Assembly (NCBI GenBank): GCA_963727505.1
Contig: CAVSGP010000004.1
Span: 928,001-992,000 of the forward strand
Direction of reading: 5' to 3'
From: an uncultured Trueperaceae bacterium
Lineage (GTDB): Bacteria; Deinococcota; Deinococci; Deinococcales; Trueperaceae
DNA: 64,000 nucleotides
In this document: piece after piece, positions 9,673 to 16,940 of the stretch
How positions within the stretch are numbered: position 1 is the stretch's first letter
How the letters are laid out: each line of letters begins with the position of its first letter
Translations under genes and position numbers: made by a program
The notes under the pieces: generated by a model
Seen by the model: the letters and a program-made list of their open reading frames with translations, nothing else
What the model was told of the DNA's origin: nothing
The model's database searches: none

Positions 9673-10316
9673 GCCACGGCATCCAGGGCGCCGCGGGCGG
9701 GGCTCCGACCCGGGCCAGGCTCCTCGAGCTGCGCCGCAGGGTCGAGGAGGCGCGGGCGGGACATGCCATGCTCGAGCGCAAACGCGAGGTGCTCCTGCGC
9801 GAGGTCTGGGGACTGCTCCGCGAACTCGGTCACGTGGAACGGGACGTACGAAGCCGCTTCGGAGCCGCCTACGCCGCCTTGCGTGAGGCGCGGTTAGCCA
9901 TGGGCAGCGAGGGGCTGGCGTGGGCCGCGCTGGCGCCCGCCGCCCGCAGCACGTGCGTCACCGAAGCTCGCTCGGTGATGGGCGTGAGCCTGCCGCTGGT
10001 GCATGTGAGTGTCACGGCCCTGCCCCTCCCCTACAGCCCCTTCGGCACCAGCATCACCATGGACCGGGCACGCCAGCGCTGGCTCGAGGTCGGAGACGTG
10101 CTCGGCTCCTGGGCGGAGACCTACAGCTCCATCTGGCGTGTCAGCGCCGAGCTGGCGCGTACCCAGCGTCGGGTGAACGCACTCGAGAAGCTGCTCATCC
10201 CTGACTACGAGGCCGCCATCCACGCCATCGAAGAGGCCCTCGAGGAACAGGAGCGCGCCACGTTCCTTCGAGGGAAGCGCGTCAAGCAAGGGAAGGAGGG
10301 CGAGCGTGAGTGGTAG
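9669..10316 (+). CDS. atpD: V/A-type ATPase subunit D
   Basis: PTRARLL..GHAMLERKRE and RTQRRVNALE..LIP..LEEQER motifs. Confidence 0.94.
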   Translation: MSHGIQGAAGGAPTRARLLELRRRVEEARAGHAMLERKREVLLREVWGLLRELGHVERDVRSRFGAAYAALREARLAMGSEGLAWAALAPAARSTCVTEARSVMGVSLPLVHVSVTALPLPYSPFGTSITMDRARQRWLEVGDVLGSWAETYSSIWRVSAELARTQRRVNALEKLLIPDYEAAIHAIEEALEEQERATFLRGKRVKQGKEGEREW

Positions 10317-10797
10317 CGTGTTCCAACGTATCCTGGTCCCGACGGACGGCTCCGAGGGCTCGATCCACGCCGCGCAGCTCGCCGTCGACATGCTCCGCGG
10401 CAGCCCCGGCACCATGGCCCTGCTGTTCGTCGTGGACGCCGCCGTCCTGAAGGAGTTGCACCGCTTCGGCGAACGCACCGAGGAGGAGGTCGAGATCGAA
10501 CTCCACGACCACGGACGGCGCTACCTCGACATGCTGCAGGCCGAGGCCGCGGCCGCGGGAGTGGGGTCCGAGACCTTCCTCCGCGAGGGCGACCCCTTCG
10601 CCGAGATCGTGGCGTTGGCCCGCGACCTCGGGGCGGACCTCATCGTCATGGGGCACGTCGGCCAGCGTGGGACCCGCCGCGTCCTGCTCGGCTCCGTCAC
10701 GCAACGCGTTCTCGATTTCGCACACTGCCCGGTGCTGGTCGTGAAGGGCGGAACGGCGGACGGCCCGGGGTCGGCACCGGCCTCCCGGAGGGCGTGA
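10306..10797 (+). CDS. Universal stress protein (UspA family)
   Basis: FQRILVPTDGS, ADLIVMGHVGQRGTRRVLLGSVTQRVLDFAHCPVLVVK; overlaps the atpD stop. Confidence 0.94.
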   Translation: MSGSVFQRILVPTDGSEGSIHAAQLAVDMLRGSPGTMALLFVVDAAVLKELHRFGERTEEEVEIELHDHGRRYLDMLQAEAAAAGVGSETFLREGDPFAEIVALARDLGADLIVMGHVGQRGTRRVLLGSVTQRVLDFAHCPVLVVKGGTADGPGSAPASRRA

Positions 10798-11255
10798 GCG
10801 TGAACGATCGAACCGACCTCACCTTCGACAACGACGTCGATCTGAACGATCTGGTCGCCGCCTTCGAGCGGGGCGACACCCCCGCCGGAGGGTTCTCGCA
10901 CCAGGCCCACCTGGCGGTCGCGCTGACCTACCTGGACCGCTTCGGGCTGCAAGGCGCCACCGAACGCATGCGGGCGGCGCTGCTGCGGTTCCTGGAGCAC
11001 GTCCTCGGCGACCGTACCGCGGCGGAGGTGAAGTACCGCGAGACGGTCACGGTGTTCTGGCTCCGTCTGCTCGCCGCGGAGCTCGCCTCCACGGATCGCT
11101 CGCGCCCCCTCCACGAGCGTGTCAACCCTCTGCTAGCCCGCTACCGCGACGCCGCGACCATCCGCGAGTACTACACCCAGCGGCGCCTGGAGAGCGAAGA
11201 GGCCCGTCGGCACTTCGTCGAGCCCGACCGCAAGCCGTTGCCGCCCATGGTGTGA
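10794..11255 (+). CDS. Conserved hypothetical protein
   Basis: FSHQAHL..A..YL / KYRETVTVFW / EYYT..RL.S.EAR..FVEPD pattern of an uncharacterised family; GTGA overlap with the USP gene. Confidence 0.75.
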   Translation: MSVNDRTDLTFDNDVDLNDLVAAFERGDTPAGGFSHQAHLAVALTYLDRFGLQGATERMRAALLRFLEHVLGDRTAAEVKYRETVTVFWLRLLAAELASTDRSRPLHERVNPLLARYRDAATIREYYTQRRLESEEARRHFVEPDRKPLPPMV

Positions 11256-11311
11256 TGGGGCATCTCGCAAGAGCGCTCGCCCCGCCGGGGTCGGGCCGGG
11301 GAGAGGTCTGC

Positions 11312-12286
11312 ATGCACATCCTGATTCTCGGTGGCACACGCTTCGTTGGCCTCCACATCGCGCTGGAAGCGCTGGCGCGCGGTCATCGGGTCGACGCCTT
11401 CCACCGCGGCCGTAGCGTCACGCCGCAGGGCGCCACGCCGCTGCTGGGCGACCGCGACGGCGACCTGTCGGCGTTGGAAGCGGGCCACTGGGACGTCGTC
11501 GTCGACGTGAGCGGATACCTGCCGCGGCAGGTGCGGGACGCCGCGAGGACGTTGCGCGAGCGGGCCCAACGCTACCTGTTCATCTCGACCTGCGCGGTGT
11601 ACGCGAGCGTCGACGCGCCCGCCCGGGACGTCGGCTCGCCCCTGCGCACGCTCGACGACCCGACCACCGAGACCATCGACGCCGTCACCTACGGCGGCCT
11701 CAAGGTGCTGTGCGAGCGGGAGGCGGAAGCGGCGTTCGCGGACCGCAGCCTCGCCATCCGCCCCACCTACGTGGTGGGACCGGACGACACCACCGACCGC
11801 TTCACGTACTGGCTGCGGCGGGTCCGGAGCGGCGGCGCCTTCGCAGCGCCCATCGACCCCGCGCTCCCGCTGGCCTTCATCGACGTACGCGATCTGGCCC
11901 GCTTCACCATCGACCAGGCGGAGGGCGAGGCGCTGGGCGCGGTGAACGTGTCCGGGCCGGCCGAGCCGACGACCTGGGGAGCGGTGCTTCGGGAGGTGGC
12001 CGGCGTGACGGACAGCGACGCCCGCCCGGCGTGGGTGCCGCTCGAGCGCCTCGACGCCCTGGACCTGCCGCGGAGCAGCCTTCCGATGGTCACTCCCTTC
12101 CCCTTCCGGGGTGGCGAGCCCTACGCCACGGGGCGGGCGGTGGCCCTGGGTCTCCGGTTCACGCCGCTCGCCGACACGGTCCGGGACACACTCGCCTGGC
12201 ACGACGACCACGGCAGGGAGCATGCGGGGCTCCAGCCCCACGACGAGCGTCGCCTGCTGGCCGCCGGCCATTCTTCCCCCGGCTAG
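11312..12286 (+). CDS. NAD-dependent epimerase/dehydratase (atypical SDR, isoflavone reductase-like)
   Basis: ILILGGTRFVG Rossmann motif, YGGLK catalytic motif, IDVRDLA. Confidence 0.9.
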   Translation: MHILILGGTRFVGLHIALEALARGHRVDAFHRGRSVTPQGATPLLGDRDGDLSALEAGHWDVVVDVSGYLPRQVRDAARTLRERAQRYLFISTCAVYASVDAPARDVGSPLRTLDDPTTETIDAVTYGGLKVLCEREAEAAFADRSLAIRPTYVVGPDDTTDRFTYWLRRVRSGGAFAAPIDPALPLAFIDVRDLARFTIDQAEGEALGAVNVSGPAEPTTWGAVLREVAGVTDSDARPAWVPLERLDALDLPRSSLPMVTPFPFRGGEPYATGRAVALGLRFTPLADTVRDTLAWHDDHGREHAGLQPHDERRLLAAGHSSPG

Positions 12287-12307
12287 CGGCGGCGGCCGTC
12301 AGAGGAA

Positions 12308-12640
12308 CTACCTCGTCGGGGCCGCTTCGACCTCGAGGTCGGGCTCCTTGCTGTCCTGGATGACCTGGTGGACCTCCAGCCGGCTCTCGCCCGTCGGCGT
12401 GGCGCGGGCGTTGGCATGCGCCTTCTTGAACGAGTCCGAACGGGTCCATGCCTCGAACGCCTCGCGGCTCGCCCAGGTGGTCAGCACCACGTACGGGTCG
12501 CCCTCCCGGGTCGGCCGCAGGACCTGGTTGCGGATGAACCCCGGCGTCTCGTCGACGTGCCCCGCCCGTTGACGGAACGCGCGCTCGAACGCCTCGGCGT
12601 TCTCGGGCGCGACCTGGATGCGATTGGCAACAGTGATCAT
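12308..12640 (-). CDS. Antibiotic biosynthesis monooxygenase (IsdG/HmoA/MhuD-like)
   Basis: MITVANRIQV, FERAF, PGF, YVVLTTW.S.EAF.AW..S..F..AH; GGAGG RBS. Confidence 0.88.
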   Translation of the reverse strand: MITVANRIQVAPENAEAFERAFRQRAGHVDETPGFIRNQVLRPTREGDPYVVLTTWASREAFEAWTRSDSFKKAHANARATPTGESRLEVHQVIQDSKEPDLEVEAAPTR

Positions 12641-12757
12641 TCGAATGCCTTCCTCCCCGGCCGCGAGCGGCCGATCCTCCGGTTGTACCGTCACGACCTC
12701 GCCTTCGAACGTCGCCGAGACGTCGGCGATCCGCACCGGGATGTAGGTTGGGAAGCC

Positions 12758-13519
12758 ATGCGCACCCCCTTCGCGGTCCTGCTGGCCGAGTTCCTCGGCA
12801 CCGCCGTCCTGCTCGCGGTGGGGCTCTCCTGCGTGATCGTCGACTTCGGGAGCGGCAGCCCGGTCGTCCGCCTCCTCCCCGAACCGTGGCTGCGGCGGCT
12901 GGTGACGGGCCTACTGTTCGGCTCGACCGGAGGGCTGATCGCCGCCTCCTGGGTCGGGCGCGTCAGCGGCGCCCACATCAATCCCGTGGTGTCCCTGGCG
13001 TTCTGGTGGCGCGGCACCCTGAAGGGGCAGCACGTTCCGGGCTACCTCCTCGCGCAGCTGCTGGGGGGTGCGGCCGGCGCGGTCCCGCTGCTGCTGTGGG
13101 GTCGCCTCGGATCGAGCGTCGACTACGGCGCCACCGTCCCGGGCGCCTGGGGCCCCTGGGGTGCGGTAGCGGGCGAGACGCTGACCACCCTGGCCCTCGT
13201 CGCCGGCCTCTTCGTGTTCACGGGTCACCGCTCGCTGCGCCGCTTCACCCCCCTTCTCATGCCTGCCCTGTACGCGGTGATGGTCGCGTTGGAGGCCCCG
13301 ATCTCCGGGACCAGCACCAACCCCGCCCGCAGCCTGGGGCCCGCCCTCGTGGCAGGACAGTGGAGGGACTTCTGGGTCTACGTCGTCGGGCCTTCGATCG
13401 GTGCCGCGCTGGCCGTGCTGCTGTTCCGATTCCGCTTGCTGCGCCGCTTCGAGTCCGAAGTGGCCAAGCTCTACCACTTCGAGGTCGATCTGCACGGCAT
13501 CTTCGGGCGCATCCGGTGA
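12758..13519 (+). CDS. MIP/aquaporin family channel
   Basis: AEFLGT, SGAHINPVVS and GTSTNPARSLGPA motifs, six hydrophobic segments. Confidence 0.92.
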   Translation: MRTPFAVLLAEFLGTAVLLAVGLSCVIVDFGSGSPVVRLLPEPWLRRLVTGLLFGSTGGLIAASWVGRVSGAHINPVVSLAFWWRGTLKGQHVPGYLLAQLLGGAAGAVPLLLWGRLGSSVDYGATVPGAWGPWGAVAGETLTTLALVAGLFVFTGHRSLRRFTPLLMPALYAVMVALEAPISGTSTNPARSLGPALVAGQWRDFWVYVVGPSIGAALAVLLFRFRLLRRFESEVAKLYHFEVDLHGIFGRIR

Positions 13520-13849
13520 CGAGCCCGGCCCCACGCCGGGAACCTCGTCGCCTCCGCGCTGCACGCCCCGCCTTTCCTCCCCACGGCAACCTCCGCCGGG
13601 AGATCCGGCGCCCCTCGTTCTCCTGACAAGGCCCCGGGCGCGCAGCGCGGGGTTGCGGCCGAAGAACGCACCCCGGGGCCTTCCAGGACGACCTCCGCAA
13701 CTTCATGAACCGGCCCGGTCGCCGGGATTCGTAAGGTGAGGGCTTGCTGAGAGGGCTCCACACCCTTATGGTTGGCTCATAAGCCGAGTAAGCGAAAACC
13801 GCTTGCCCGACTTTCCCTGGCCGGGGGCCAAATCGAAGGGAGAGTGGCA

Positions 13850-14392
13850 ATGATGTCGTCCTATGCCAGAACGACGTCTGTAGGCATGCGTAAGGTTCGT
13901 CTCATCGCGTTGGCTGTGGTCTTCGCGGGCCTGTTCGTGGCAGGCTCGGCGGCGTTCGCTCAGAGCGGGAACGTCGAGAAGTACTCCATCGTGATGAAGG
14001 ATTACAGCTACACGCCCAACACCATGACGTGGCACGTCGGGGACACGGTCCAGATCACCCTCAAGAACGAGTCCACCGACAAGGATCACGAGCTGCTCAT
14101 GGGCAAGGACGTCAACTACAGCACCGACAGCTTCGGGAAGAAGTTCCCCGACGGCTGGAAGACTCCTCTATTCACCGATGCGAGTCAGATCAGCTTCGGT
14201 CAGGGCACCGGCGTCGCCGAATTGCGCGCCGACGGCCCCGAGACCGTGGCGCTCGAGCCCAAGGGCGGCACGGTGACGTACACCTTGGTGGTGCCCGACA
14301 AGGTGGGCACCTGGCAGTTCGGCTGCTTCGAAGAGAACGGCTCGCACTTCGGCGACCACAACATGAAGGGCACGATCAATATCGTGAATTGA
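13850..14392 (+). CDS. Secreted cupredoxin-domain (blue copper) protein
   Basis: Signal peptide (AFA-Q), DHE His ligand, C-terminal GCF...HFGDHNMKG (C/H/M ligands); start could be 13886. Confidence 0.82.
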   Translation: MMSSYARTTSVGMRKVRLIALAVVFAGLFVAGSAAFAQSGNVEKYSIVMKDYSYTPNTMTWHVGDTVQITLKNESTDKDHELLMGKDVNYSTDSFGKKFPDGWKTPLFTDASQISFGQGTGVAELRADGPETVALEPKGGTVTYTLVVPDKVGTWQFGCFEENGSHFGDHNMKGTINIVN

Positions 14393-14424
14393 TCCCACCG
14401 CCCTGTTCGGGCAACGGGAACCGC

Positions 14425-14452
14425 GCGCGCCGGGGCATCCGCCCCGGCGCGC
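14425..14452 (+). terminator. GC-rich stem-loop after the cupredoxin gene
   Basis: GCGCGCCGGGGC-ATCC-GCCCCGGCGCGC perfect 12-bp stem; weak U-tract. Confidence 0.55.
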
Positions 14453-14536
14453 GTTCGCTATGATGTGAGCCGTTCGCAAGGCTCATCCGCGGCCCACGCT
14501 CACGGGGCCGTTCCGCCTGAGAGGGTGCACGTGCCA

Positions 14537-15493
14537 ATGGGACGCATCGCTGTCTTCGGCAGCCTCAACGTGGACCTGGTTACGCGGCTCGAACGCTTCC
14601 CGGACCCGGGAGAGACGGTAGCGGCCCGCGACTTCGCCATGTACCCGGGGGGCAAGGGCGCCAACCAGGCCGTCGCATGCGGCAAGCTCGGGGCGGACGT
14701 CGCCATGTACGGGAAGCTCGGCGCCGATGCGCTCGCCGAGCGCCTCCACGCTTCGCTCGAGGGTGCCGGCGTCCTGACCCACGCCTTGCAGACGGTCGAG
14801 GACGCCGCCACCGGTACCGCCGACATCTGGGTGGAGGACTCCGGCGAGAACATGATCGCCATCGCAGCCGGCGCGAACGGTCGCGTCGATGCCGCTTACG
14901 TCGACCGGCACCTCGAGGCGCTGGCGGACGCCGACTACCTGCTGCTCCAACTCGAGGTCCCCATCGCCGGCCTGGCACACCTACTTGCGTGCCTGCCCCC
15001 TTCCGGCGGCCCGCGGGTCATCCTGGACCCGGCACCTGCTCGGCCGCTCGACGACCTCCCCAGGGGGAGCGTCTGGATGGTGACACCCAACGAGCACGAG
15101 CTGGCCAGGCTCACGGGCATGCCGACGACCGACGGTCCCGCGGTACGCGCCGCGGCGCACGCTCTCGGCGAGCACACCGGCGTCGAGGTCGTGGTGGTGA
15201 AGGCGGGCGCCCGCGGCGCCTTCGTCAGCGCCGCGGGGCGTTTCGAGGCCGTCCCGGGCTACCGCGTCGACGCGGTGGATACCACGGCGGCCGGGGACGC
15301 CTTCAACGGCGCGCTGGCGGCCGCGCTGGCCGGGGCGGTGGGCGAACGGAGCGGGCTCGACGAGGCCGTGCGCTTCGCGCATGCCGCAGCCGCCGTCGCC
15401 GTGACGCGCCCCGGGGCGCAGCCCGCCATGGCGTCGCGCGAGGACGTCGAGGCATTCTTGAGGCAACATCCGGCCGGCGCTTCCGGCCGCTGA
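14537..15493 (+). CDS. rbsK: Ribokinase
   Basis: GSLNVDL, PGGKGANQA, LLQLE, TPNEHE, DTTAAGDAFNG; adjacent to rbsD. Confidence 0.93.
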   Translation: MGRIAVFGSLNVDLVTRLERFPDPGETVAARDFAMYPGGKGANQAVACGKLGADVAMYGKLGADALAERLHASLEGAGVLTHALQTVEDAATGTADIWVEDSGENMIAIAAGANGRVDAAYVDRHLEALADADYLLLQLEVPIAGLAHLLACLPPSGGPRVILDPAPARPLDDLPRGSVWMVTPNEHELARLTGMPTTDGPAVRAAAHALGEHTGVEVVVVKAGARGAFVSAAGRFEAVPGYRVDAVDTTAAGDAFNGALAAALAGAVGERSGLDEAVRFAHAAAAVAVTRPGAQPAMASREDVEAFLRQHPAGASGR

Positions 15494-15504
15494 CGGGGGT
15501 GGGT

Positions 15505-15900
15505 ATGAAGAAGCGGGGCATCCTGAACGCGCAGTTGAGCGGGCTGCTGGCGACGCTGGGGCACACCGACCAGCTCGTGGTGGCCGATTGCGGGCTCCCG
15601 GTGCCGCCCGAGGTGCCCGTGGTGGACCTCGCGCTGGTGCAGGGCGTCCCACGCTTCGCGGAGGTCGTGGCGGCCCTCGCGGACGAGCTCGTGGTGCAGC
15701 GCCTGACGGTGGCGGAGGAAGCGGTGCAGCACAACCCCAGGGCCCTCGACGCGGTGCGTGCCGCGTTCCCGGACGTGCCACTCGACCGCGTGCCTCACGA
15801 GCAATTGAAGCACGAGCTGCCCGTCGTGAAGGCGGTGGTGCGCACGGGCGAGGCGACCCCTTACGCCAACGTCATCCTGGAGTGCGGCGTCGCCTTCTGA
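15505..15900 (+). CDS. rbsD: D-ribose pyranase
   Basis: MKKRGILN, LGHTD, DCGLP, HEQLK, VRTGEATPYANVIL..GV.F. Confidence 0.95.
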   Translation: MKKRGILNAQLSGLLATLGHTDQLVVADCGLPVPPEVPVVDLALVQGVPRFAEVVAALADELVVQRLTVAEEAVQHNPRALDAVRAAFPDVPLDRVPHEQLKHELPVVKAVVRTGEATPYANVILECGVAF

Positions 15901-16029
15901 GGCGCCCGCGGGCAGCGCCTTGCCGACGCCGCGCGCTGCTGCGAGGCGCGCTCCGATGAGCGCTCTCGCGGCCGTGTGCCGCGGACACGCTCCTGCCGGC
16001 AACTCCCGCTCATCCAGGTGCCGACACGT

Positions 16030-16086
16030 CTCAGCTAACGCTCATCTACTTCCGTGTGGAACGGTATTCAGCTTGGCTTCAGCTTG
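16030..16086 (+). promoter_or_regulatory. Two pairs of 11-bp-period direct repeats (putative OmpR/PhoB-type sites)
   Basis: CTCAGCT(16030)/CTCATCT(16041) and TTCAGCTTG(16067)/TTCAGCTTG(16078). Confidence 0.45.
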
Positions 16087-16114
16087 CGGGGGCATGCTTG
16101 CGCCGGTGATAGCC

Positions 16115-16789
16115 ATGAAAAGAACCCTTACCCTACTGTTCGCCCTCCTCGCCCTCGGCACCATCGCCCTCGCCGCCTCCCTGCCCAACAGCGGGACGGT
16201 CACCGTCACGAACGACTCCGGCACCCAGGTCGGGACCGGGACCATCAGCAACGGCCAGCTGTCGCTCTCGCTCGACAGCGGCACCAGCGGTTTCGTGACC
16301 ATCACGGTCACCGATGCCAACGGCAACACCCAGACGTTCGACGCCATGGTCAAGGCCGGCGGCAAGGTCACCGTCGTCGACGGCAAGCAGTTCAGCAATC
16401 TGCCGGACTTCGCCAAGAGCGGCGGCGTGGACAGCGTCGACGTCACCGAGAGCAGCGACAACCACGCCTCCACGACTGGCCAGCAAGCGAAGCAGGGCAA
16501 CGCTGCCGCCCCCAGCCAGGAGGAGCAGAGCTCCCAGGCCGGCGATCACAGCCAGGGCAACGGCCAGGTGAGCGGCAGCCAGCAACCCGGCAAGGACGAC
16601 AGCGCCGGGTCGAAGGACTCCAGTTCTGCAGACTCCAGTTCCGACACCAGCGCGTCCAACGAGACCGAGACCTCTGCCGGCGACGACCAGGTGAAGGTCG
16701 GCACGAACCTGACAACCGGCACCAAGACCGGCTCGGGCTCGACCTCCACGGACACCAGCGCCAGCGGAACGGCCTCCACCGACGACTGA
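16115..16789 (+). CDS. Secreted protein with beta-rich N-domain and Ser/Thr/Gln/Asp-rich disordered tail
   Basis: MKRTLTLLFALLALGTIALA signal peptide; strong codon bias; low-complexity C-terminus. Confidence 0.8.
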   Translation: MKRTLTLLFALLALGTIALAASLPNSGTVTVTNDSGTQVGTGTISNGQLSLSLDSGTSGFVTITVTDANGNTQTFDAMVKAGGKVTVVDGKQFSNLPDFAKSGGVDSVDVTESSDNHASTTGQQAKQGNAAAPSQEEQSSQAGDHSQGNGQVSGSQQPGKDDSAGSKDSSSADSSSDTSASNETETSAGDDQVKVGTNLTTGTKTGSGSTSTDTSASGTASTDD

Positions 16790-16804
16790 CCCATCCCCAG
16801 CGTA

Positions 16805-16826
16805 GGGGCCGCCTCCTTGCGGCCCC
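16805..16826. terminator. Stem-loop between convergent genes
   Basis: GGGGCCGC-CTCCTT-GCGGCCCC. Confidence 0.4.
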
Positions 16827-16940
16827 CCGGGAGCCGCACCTCCCGAGCCTGCGAGCGCCGCGTCCGCCTTCCGGACGCGGCGCTCGCCGTTGCGCGGAAA
16901 GGCGCCTTCGCGGGGCCGGGCTCACCGGCAGCGCTCGGGC

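Noticed and set aside
13735..13800. TPP riboswitch-like GCTGAGA...ACCC segment
   Set aside because: Lacks the downstream ACCTGA and TAATNC...AGGGA core; the downstream gene is unrelated to thiamine.
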